Shown: one piece after another, positions 56,722 to 64,000 of the stretch
Layout of the letters: each line of letters opens with the position of its first letter
Numbering within the stretch: the first letter of the stretch is position 1
IMG/VR virus record: IMGVR_UViG_3300027976_000007
Location: 1 to 64,000 of that record
Direction: 5' to 3' (one strand)
Source: a virus
DNA: 64,000 nucleotides
The notes under the pieces: model-generated
What the model was told of the DNA's origin: nothing
Databases searched by the model: none
What the model saw: the letters and a program-made list of their open reading frames with translations, nothing else
Made by a program: the position numbers and the translations under genes

Positions 56722-57194
56722 TTTATTATCTTGTTATAAAAATTAATTTCCTTTAACCATTTATTAACATCAAATGAAGGACATAACTTAACCCATTCAT
56801 TTGGGGTTATAATTCCGTTTCTATCTAGGTCTGGGGATAAATCCCTATGACCTACAACAGGTAATATACCTAAAATATCTGGTGAAACCAATTCTAAAAG
56901 AAGATTTTCTAATTCTGCTTTTTGAGCGTCAGTTCTATCATCTCCTCTAGCCCCCCCTATATATGAAATATGAACTGAATCCCAATTATAATTTTTAACC
57001 CCATTTGTTGGGGATTTTAAATTAGATAAGATATGTCTTTCCCCATTTACTCCTATTATATAATGATATCCTACATGCTTCCATTTTAGAACCTTAGACC
57101 AATAGTTTATGATACTATCTACTGTAGCCTTTTGGGAAGTAGCGGTACAATGAAGTACTATACGATTTATAGGTCTTCCGAAATTTATAGGCAT
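56718..57194 (-). CDS. Endolysin, N-acetylmuramoyl-L-alanine amidase (T7 lysozyme-like)
   Basis: LHCTA, GYHY, GHRD and K.CPSF motifs. Confidence 0.92.
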   Translation of the reverse strand: MPINFGRPINRIVLHCTATSQKATVDSIINYWSKVLKWKHVGYHYIIGVNGERHILSNLKSPTNGVKNYNWDSVHISYIGGARGDDRTDAQKAELENLLLELVSPDILGILPVVGHRDLSPDLDRNGIITPNEWVKLCPSFDVNKWLKEINFYNKIIK

Positions 57195-57252
57195 AATTTA
57201 TTTTTTATTGGTTATCTATTCTTACTGATTTGATTGTTTTGGTTTTTAGTTT

Positions 57253-57588
57253 TTATAGTGGGATATCTTCAGGGTCAGATTCATCCTCAAATCCCGGGGT
57301 TTCGTTTTTATATCTAGTTTGGTTGACTATGTTTATAGCTTGACCCCCCATTCCTCCTAAAGCATTCATTACTCCTCCCCCCATCATACCCCCACGACTA
57401 AAAGTATTTAAACCTATATACCCTCCCCCTATAGCTGCTATAGCATATAAAGCGGTGTGGATCACTTCTGGCCAGTCTTTATATTCTGCTATGTAAGTTA
57501 CCCAACCTATATATAATATACAAGTAAGGGCTATAACTAATCGAGTACTATTCCATTTAGATGGAGGGGTTGGTTGGTGTTGTTTCAT
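57253..57588 (-). CDS. Holin-like protein with two TM helices
   Basis: Two TM segments; upstream of the endolysin. Confidence 0.5.
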   Translation of the reverse strand: MKQHQPTPPSKWNSTRLVIALTCILYIGWVTYIAEYKDWPEVIHTALYAIAAIGGGYIGLNTFSRGGMMGGGVMNALGGMGGQAINIVNQTRYKNETPGFEDESDPEDIPL

Positions 57589-57728
57589 CGTTTGATGGTT
57601 TAAATATATCTTTATTGAGTCCTAAAAAGATTCCTATAGCAACTCCTGAAAGGAAATACATTTTAAAAAATCCTAATAAGATTCCTGAGATTAGGAATAT
57701 AATTTATTTTAATATGTTTTGTCAGATT

Positions 57729-57995
57729 TTAGCTTAACTCTATTATTTCATATTCATTATAATTTTCCCCATCCTCTGGGTTATGATAATGATATTTGGT
57801 TTCATATCTATAATCTCCATCTTTATATACTTCTACTTGTTCATCCCATTCTTGTCCATTAGCAAACGATATAGATTCCCTTTTAGAATTAAAGATTTGG
57901 GAGTACTTAGCCTCTTCACCATTACCATAAAAAACAACTTGAAATTGATTTTGGTTCTCATTTAAATATTTTCTAAATGTGTTTAGTTCTTCCAT
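57729..57995 (-). CDS. Probable internal head protein (FRKYLNE leader)
   Basis: Leader related to FDLKKYL.E. Confidence 0.6.
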   Translation of the reverse strand: MEELNTFRKYLNENQNQFQVVFYGNGEEAKYSQIFNSKRESISFANGQEWDEQVEVYKDGDYRYETKYHYHNPEDGENYNEYEIIELS

Positions 57996-58138
57996 TATAC
58001 TTCAATTATTTTATGTGTTTCTTATTTTATACCCCCAAACACCTTCACCTATTGTATTACCTGCTTATTGGATATTATTCTTGTCTTCTAAAAATTTAGT
58101 AAGCTCTTTATGTATCCTTTGAGCATCATTAGATGTAA

Positions 58139-58555
58139 TTAAGGCCTATCAATTGTTCTAAGTCTATCTAATGAAGCTTGATATTCACCCTCTTCTGAAT
58201 CTTTAAAATCCTCATTTTCCCTACCAATCATTCCTTTAAGATCTTCTAAATCTACGGTAATCATAACATAATCACCTAATGCTTCAACTTCAGTAGGTAT
58301 TTGACTTGATATTTTTGTGAATGCATGATCTAGACCTAATATATCTTTCCAGTTATCTTCATCAAATTCCATTCCATCTCTATCATCTTCATCATCATAT
58401 ACTACTGAAAATGATACTTTACCATCTTTTATTTCACCATTATAATCACCAGAATCAGCTGTTAATTCTACGGATTGGTCGTAGATTTCAAGATCCATAT
58501 TTTCTTTTAATAGCTTTCCTTCCACTAAGTACTTTTTTAAATCGAAATTGTCCAT
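58139..58555 (-). CDS. Probable internal head protein (MDNFDLKKYLVEGKLLKE leader)
   Basis: Shared 18-aa leader, unique acidic body. Confidence 0.7.
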   Translation of the reverse strand: MDNFDLKKYLVEGKLLKENMDLEIYDQSVELTADSGDYNGEIKDGKVSFSVVYDDEDDRDGMEFDEDNWKDILGLDHAFTKISSQIPTEVEALGDYVMITVDLEDLKGMIGRENEDFKDSEEGEYQASLDRLRTIDRP

Positions 58556-58565
58556 TTTATTTTAT

Positions 58566-58850
58566 TTATACTATATTTATTAAATCTGATTCTTTTACTC
58601 TATAACTCATTACCATATTTCCTCTATAATTATCATGTTCAACAACATAAACATACTCACCATCTTTTATTTCTAGATTTTCAGGTTCATTCATGTAAAC
58701 ATCCCAAATAATACCCTTAAAACCTTTACCTAGACCTGATTGGGGTGTTGTTGTAACTTTATCACCAATTTTGAATTTAGGTTCTGGTTTGTTTTCCTCT
58801 TTTAATAGCTTCCCTTCCACTAAGTACTTTTTTAAATCGAAATTGTCCAT
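58566..58850 (-). CDS. Probable internal head protein; leader plus SH3-like body
   Basis: Shared leader; KFKIGDKV...VKESDL. Confidence 0.7.
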   Translation of the reverse strand: MDNFDLKKYLVEGKLLKEENKPEPKFKIGDKVTTTPQSGLGKGFKGIIWDVYMNEPENLEIKDGEYVYVVEHDNYRGNMVMSYRVKESDLINIV

Positions 58851-58867
58851 TTTATTTTATTTTATTT

Positions 58868-59560
58868 TTAACCGGCATGTGAGTTAAAAGGAACATTAAA
58901 CTTAGTAAACAATTTGTCTACTTCCCCCTCCCAATCTTCAACATCTCTTATGATTTGTTGGTATTTGTGGGCCATACCATCATATTCATCTTCATGTCTA
59001 AATTCTCTAGGCCAATCTGAATGGAAATATAATTCTTCATATCGATCATTATCTAAAAAACTCTTATGTTCAAATCCTGCTCTTTTAGCATTATTTGGGT
59101 ATTTAAGATATAATTCTTTATATGCAGCTTTTAATTTTTCAATGTCTCCACTATCTTCTTTTATATTAAGAAATTCTTCATCTCTTTCTTTATCTCGTCC
59201 AATGGTATTTCCAGGGTTGATGAAATCATCTGACTTATCACCACCGAACTCTTTAAGTTTTTTATCTCTTAATTTGTTAACCCCCTCAATGATGCTATCT
59301 ATAAATAGGTTAATATCTTCTTTACTTTCAAATTCACTATTCATCATATCATCCTCAATCTGATCAGTAAGATATTTAGAATTTTGATCTACAATGTAAT
59401 CATCTATGTTTTCTTTAATTTTGTTTTTAGCTTCGTAAGCTGCTTTAACATTTTCTAATGTTGGTAAAGCTTCACCTTGTTTTCGGGTGTCGTATCCCGG
59501 TGCATTTTCTTTTAATAGCCTACCTTCAGCTAAATACTTTTTTAAATCGAAATTGTTCAT
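58868..59560 (-). CDS. Probable internal head protein (MNNFDLKKYLAEGRLLKE leader)
   Basis: Shared leader; internal IKE sites. Confidence 0.7.
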   Translation of the reverse strand: MNNFDLKKYLAEGRLLKENAPGYDTRKQGEALPTLENVKAAYEAKNKIKENIDDYIVDQNSKYLTDQIEDDMMNSEFESKEDINLFIDSIIEGVNKLRDKKLKEFGGDKSDDFINPGNTIGRDKERDEEFLNIKEDSGDIEKLKAAYKELYLKYPNNAKRAGFEHKSFLDNDRYEELYFHSDWPREFRHEDEYDGMAHKYQQIIRDVEDWEGEVDKLFTKFNVPFNSHAG

Positions 59561-59595
59561 TTTATTTTTGTTTTAATTTGTGGATTTAGATTCAT

Positions 59596-60012
59596 TCATA
59601 TCGTAATGATCCAGTTGTTTTTGAACTTATATAAACGAGCTTCTAAATCATTTAATTCGTTACCATATCTATTAGCTATTTCTCCTCCTTCGGGTTCAGC
59701 TTCCTGCTCCATATCAATGAACAGCTGTTCAATTTCATCTTCTAATTCTCTTTTTTCTCCTCTTAAATCTAAAACCCCATCATAATCTATTTCAGTTAAC
59801 GCAGAACCTCCTACATTATCAGGTTGTTTAATATTATTCTTGTCTTCTAAAAATTTAGTAAGCTCTTTATGTATCCTTTGAGCATCATTAGATGTAATTA
59901 CTTTATTTGATTCTAAAAAATCCAAGATTTGATTACTTAAAATAGTTGCACTTTTGTCTTCTTTTAATAGCCTTCCTTCCACTAAGTATTTTTTTAAATC
60001 GAAATTGTCCAT
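59596..60012 (-). CDS. Probable internal head protein (shared leader)
   Basis: Shared leader; C-terminus probably frameshifted. Confidence 0.7.
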   Translation of the reverse strand: MDNFDLKKYLVEGRLLKEDKSATILSNQILDFLESNKVITSNDAQRIHKELTKFLEDKNNIKQPDNVGGSALTEIDYDGVLDLRGEKRELEDEIEQLFIDMEQEAEPEGGEIANRYGNELNDLEARLYKFKNNWIITI

Positions 60013-60099
60013 TTTATTTTATTTTATTATACATATGTAATTTTTGAGTTAGGTATAAAGTGTAAACCCAACAAGGTTTTCCTAAATAAGTATATTCTA

Positions 60100-62325
60100 T
60101 CATATTACTTCACATGAGGATCCTTGACATGCAATACTTCCCATAGTATCAATATCAGCATATGAAGGTTTAGTTAATACTGAAGTGTAATCTATTAAAG
60201 ATATGTTTTGGGTTATTTGATTCCATTTATGCCATAGATGAACATCCTTCATACAATATATAGTTTTTTCTAAATCTTTTTTGAAATAATTAGAAGCAAA
60301 TTTCTTTACTCTTCTTATCCAATCTTTTTTAAGAAGGACTTGGGTTCTAGAACCTTCTATCGTCATATTTTTATCTTGGACGTGTTGTGTAGCTTTCCAT
60401 AAATTATCATTAAAATAATGTAAACCATCCACAATTAACCCTGCCATAAAAATCACCCCATCTCCATATTTATTAACTAGCTCTTGAGTAGTAAGTACTG
60501 AAGTAAATGGGGCTTGAGCATAATCTTTATCCCCTGTTTGGGGTAAGAAAGATACGGCAGCGAATTCATTTTGATGTTTAAAGATATAATCTGTCATTTC
60601 ATTCATATCATCAATGATTATAGTATTAGATACATTATGGGAAGTTTCTGGTAAATAACATAGCTCTTTATTTTTTCCTCCTTTAATCCAGGAATTTTGG
60701 ACTAAGCGGATCAGTTCTAGATGTTTTACCCCCATCATTTCACTTTTATATAAGGTACCTTTAGGATTTTCAAAAGGACAATATACAACATAATCGGTGT
60801 TTGTAGCAGACCAAGAGGATTCTTCTAACATTTCGGGATTATGTATTTCTAAATATTTAGCCGTCTCACTGTCCTTATTTAACTGCATTATTCTAAAATA
60901 ATTTTGGGAATGTTCGGGATGGATTCCTGAGGGAGATTTTAAAATCACAGAAGCATTACCCGATGGTTTTACTGTTGTACATCTAGCCGCTTGGTTAATT
61001 CCTAAAAATTCAGCAACTTCCTTATTAGTATCTTTTACTATTTGAGCCCCTTTAATTAATATTTCCTTATTAAAAAGTTCTGGTCGAGCCATCCACCCCG
61101 TTATAGAAACTCCTAATAAAGCCTCTCCAGCTACTATTTCTTCTGTTTCTTTTCCTAAGTAAGGGAATGAAGTATATCCGGCCTGTAAAGTCCCAACAAT
61201 AGAAGCATTTCTGCAAATTTTGTAAAATGTTTCTTCATTAAACTTGTTGTTGGTTTTGTTAGAACATGAGAGGGCATCTATTTCATTTAAATTGCAAAAC
61301 TGGAAAACTGATTCGTTTAGGTTTTTTATTTTGGTATAAAAATTGAATTGGATTTCAAAACATGGATTAAACATATCATCTTCATGAGACATGAAAACAA
61401 AACCTAAATCACTATCTCCTTGATTAATTTCAACTAGATTTAAAAATTCCTCTTTCGAGAACTTACCTCTAAGAAGACCCACAGAATTATTACTTCTAGC
61501 TCTTTGAGGGTTATCTATATACCATGTTCCCGTTTTAGCGTTTATTAGATCAGTATCGTCTTGATCCATTATTATATTCATAGCACTTCTTCTTACTCCA
61601 CCTGACAACACCGCATCTGATAAATGCATAAAGATATCATATATTAGTATAGATTTAAAGGGAATTTGAAGTTTGTCTCCTAAAGCAGAATTTATTAAAT
61701 TTTCTATTTTTTCTAAAGCTTGTTTTAACCCTTCGGGTCCTGGGGCTTTAAACCCTCCAGAAATCAAAGACCCTTTGGGTCTTACTAGAGAGTAATCAAA
61801 TTTTATTTGATACCCAAAATATTCTTCATATAATGATGGATGGGAACAAAAGGAAGATATTAGTACTTTACAAGCTTCAGACCACCCCTCCACTGAGTCT
61901 TCTACTATATGCTGTTTAGCTTCTTTTGAGTCTCTTTTTACTAATGGAGGTAATAAACTTACATATTTATTTTTTAGAGATATTCCCAACCCTGTACCTG
62001 CTAAAAGAACGAAAAATCCTTTATTAAAAATATCTGGAGAGTAGGCATATGTAACACAACAGTTATACATCCTAGCATGGTTTTTTAGTAAATGTTTCCC
62101 TCTAAATTGGAGATTTCTTTGAGAAGCTAGGAATTCTTTTTCTTTATATGATTCCATAACTTCATCAAGATAGGGTTGTATTTTATCCCCATATTTCATG
62201 GTATGGGTGTTTAATACTCCTTCAACCGCTTCATTCCATGTTTCATAACGATTTAGGGATTCATCCCATTTTAAATAATCGGTGTATAGTTTTAGTTGAG
62301 ATAAAAATTCTTTTCCTTTTGACAT
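60100..62325 (-). CDS. nrdJ: Ribonucleotide reductase, probably class II (B12-dependent)
   Basis: NC, GGVRRSA, NPCFEI, CNLNE, VKPSG motifs and C-terminal CxxxxC. Confidence 0.75.
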   Translation of the reverse strand: MSKGKEFLSQLKLYTDYLKWDESLNRYETWNEAVEGVLNTHTMKYGDKIQPYLDEVMESYKEKEFLASQRNLQFRGKHLLKNHARMYNCCVTYAYSPDIFNKGFFVLLAGTGLGISLKNKYVSLLPPLVKRDSKEAKQHIVEDSVEGWSEACKVLISSFCSHPSLYEEYFGYQIKFDYSLVRPKGSLISGGFKAPGPEGLKQALEKIENLINSALGDKLQIPFKSILIYDIFMHLSDAVLSGGVRRSAMNIIMDQDDTDLINAKTGTWYIDNPQRARSNNSVGLLRGKFSKEEFLNLVEINQGDSDLGFVFMSHEDDMFNPCFEIQFNFYTKIKNLNESVFQFCNLNEIDALSCSNKTNNKFNEETFYKICRNASIVGTLQAGYTSFPYLGKETEEIVAGEALLGVSITGWMARPELFNKEILIKGAQIVKDTNKEVAEFLGINQAARCTTVKPSGNASVILKSPSGIHPEHSQNYFRIMQLNKDSETAKYLEIHNPEMLEESSWSATNTDYVVYCPFENPKGTLYKSEMMGVKHLELIRLVQNSWIKGGKNKELCYLPETSHNVSNTIIIDDMNEMTDYIFKHQNEFAAVSFLPQTGDKDYAQAPFTSVLTTQELVNKYGDGVIFMAGLIVDGLHYFNDNLWKATQHVQDKNMTIEGSRTQVLLKKDWIRRVKKFASNYFKKDLEKTIYCMKDVHLWHKWNQITQNISLIDYTSVLTKPSYADIDTMGSIACQGSSCEVI

Positions 62326-62372
62326 ATAATCTTGTATTGTTAATTTTTGGGCGTAATTATAAATATATAATT

Positions 62373-63731
62373 TTATTTATTCATACCTAATTCAAAAAAC
62401 TTTTCACGTAATTTCTTTTTCTCAGATTTTTCTATATCTGTAGTTTGGGTCTTTTGAGCGTATTCTAATTCCTCTTCATCCATTTCATCTTCTTCGATTT
62501 CAAACTTGCCCATTGATGTATCTATATAAGGAGAATAGAAAGTACATCCATCTTTACCATATCTGTTTCCCATAAAGTGCCACCTACCTGTACCATCAAG
62601 TCTATCTTTTCTCCCTCTTGATAGTGATATTATTATATCTCCTATCATTAATTTATCAAAACTGCCTGCAATGTGAGTACTTTCTAAGATAGCTTTATCT
62701 GCTCCTGATCTGTTTGCTTGTGATGGTGATATTATAGGAATGTTTAGTTCTTTAGCTAATCCTTTAGCGTCTGTAAATATGTCATCTATTTCATCTTTTC
62801 TTTCACCTCTAATTTGTCTTCCTTTTAATAAATCTAGATAATCTATTATAATGAAGTCTGGTTTGAAATCTAAACTATTTAAGTGGGCTTCTATAGTACT
62901 TAATGAAGCTCTTTTTGGTGAGTATGATTTGATTACTAATCTTCCAGGTAAGGAATCAGCTATCATTTCTATTTTTTCTCTATGTTGTCCTAAATCGTCT
63001 ACAGGAATTTCTGCTAAACAGGCGTCCATTCTTCTACCTACATATTCTTCACCTAATTCTAGAGAATAATATACTCCGTTATATCCGGCTTTCAAGGCTT
63101 CGGCGGCCATGGCTACTACCGCCCATGATTTTCCTCCTTTAGGATTACCAAATATTAATACTAAATCTCCACCCCCATAACCTCCTTGAGTTATGTTATT
63201 AAAGGAGTCCCAGGGAAAAGGAATTGCCTTTCTAGAGTTTTCTCTAAATCTAGCTTCTACATCTTTCTCATATTCATGTCCTACACTCCTATCAGCTCCC
63301 GCTTTCAGGGCTTTATCTACTATATGCCTTATAGAATCATATTCCCCATTAGATAATAAATCTACACTTTCTATTAAAGCTGATTTCAGTTGTTGGTTCT
63401 TACAAAAAGTAGAAAATTCTTTCTTTACATAATCTAAATCATCTTTACTAGTTTCGTAAGCCAACCTTAATTGTTCTTTAACTGAGATTTTTAATATATC
63501 ATTAGGGATTTTTTGGAGTTCTACTTTTAATATCTCCATTGATATTGTATTATGATAATCCTCATAATATTTCAATATTTTTTCTATTATCCAAGAGTGG
63601 GCGGGATTGTCCCAGTCTTCAGGTCTAACTATATCATATATATTATTTAAAAAATCTTTATGGGTTAACAAAGATGATATAACTTTGATTTGGAATGAGG
63701 GCCCATAAGCTTGTATATTGGAAAGAGTCAT
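62373..63731 (-). CDS. DnaB-like replicative helicase (gp41-like)
   Basis: GNPKGGKS, YSLEL, IIDYLD and SQANR motifs. Confidence 0.92.
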   Translation of the reverse strand: MTLSNIQAYGPSFQIKVISSLLTHKDFLNNIYDIVRPEDWDNPAHSWIIEKILKYYEDYHNTISMEILKVELQKIPNDILKISVKEQLRLAYETSKDDLDYVKKEFSTFCKNQQLKSALIESVDLLSNGEYDSIRHIVDKALKAGADRSVGHEYEKDVEARFRENSRKAIPFPWDSFNNITQGGYGGGDLVLIFGNPKGGKSWAVVAMAAEALKAGYNGVYYSLELGEEYVGRRMDACLAEIPVDDLGQHREKIEMIADSLPGRLVIKSYSPKRASLSTIEAHLNSLDFKPDFIIIDYLDLLKGRQIRGERKDEIDDIFTDAKGLAKELNIPIISPSQANRSGADKAILESTHIAGSFDKLMIGDIIISLSRGRKDRLDGTGRWHFMGNRYGKDGCTFYSPYIDTSMGKFEIEEDEMDEEELEYAQKTQTTDIEKSEKKKLREKFFELGMNK

Positions 63732-63916
63732 TTATTTTTTATTTTTTCAAAGGTTGTTTTAATCCATAAATCTACATTATTAATAATATTACCTAATTGG
63801 TCTTTTTTATAAAACTGTAAAAATTGTTCAGGGTCATAATTTAATTTTTTATTTTTAATAATTTCATTTAAATAATCTTCATCTTGTAAACTTAACATAG
63901 GTTTTGATAAATCCAT
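63728..63916 (-). CDS. Hypothetical protein, possibly the C-terminus of a longer gene cut by the window or a frameshift
   Basis: Coupled to the helicase start. Confidence 0.45.
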   Translation of the reverse strand: MDLSKPMLSLQDEDYLNEIIKNKKLNYDPEQFLQFYKKDQLGNIINNVDLWIKTTFEKIKNK

Positions 63917-64000
63917 AACTTTATGACTTTTTTCTAACTCTGTTATTGTTTTTAATATTTTAGGATAAATGATATGATCCTTTATATTAGATTCACATAT

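Noticed and set aside
50231-59640. Programmed frameshifts at the thioredoxin start and at the end of 59596-60012
   Set aside because: Single-base shifts in A-runs recur (also at 18440) and are as easily explained by sequencing error; reads are needed
1211-63432. All plus-strand ORFs in the track
   Set aside because: Antisense shadows of minus-strand genes or tRNAs, with no recognisable motifs or promoters

Overview
An AT-rich 64-kb segment of a large lytic dsDNA phage with T4-like replication genes. Essentially all genes are on the minus strand. About 20 copies of a TTTG-N20-TAnnTTTA promoter point to a Bacteroidota host. From the start of the window: (1) a non-coding end with tandem palindromic repeats; (2) small early ORFs, including two arrays of a shuffled 21-aa-repeat gene family; (3) an array of 28 tRNA/tRNA-like genes covering all 20 amino acids (13249-17227); (4) a glycosyltransferase cluster; (5) clamp loader, sliding clamp, GroEL/GroES and a split, intein-containing PolB; (6) a 7-deazaguanine pathway (folE, queE, queD, queC, TGT/DpdA-like); (7) split thymidylate synthase, a lysis cassette, probable internal head proteins with a shared N-terminal leader, class II RNR and a DnaB-like helicase. 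The most striking observations are these. (a) Three tRNA-like genes (anticodons GAU, UAU, UCG) share a rearranged architecture in which the anticodon arm comes before the D-loop-like GG motif; two of them are the only clear Ile tRNAs in the array. (b) A 32-codon leader peptide using 19 amino acids and 25 different codons overlaps an antiterminator/terminator pair directly upstream of the tRNA array, a candidate pan-codon attenuator sensing tRNA depletion. (c) A 4654-bp segment flanked by 11-bp direct repeats splits a thioredoxin gene and carries a uvrB-like gene in permuted halves, consistent with an integrated circle. All calls were made by eye; tRNA ends are about +/-2 nt and no database searches were run.
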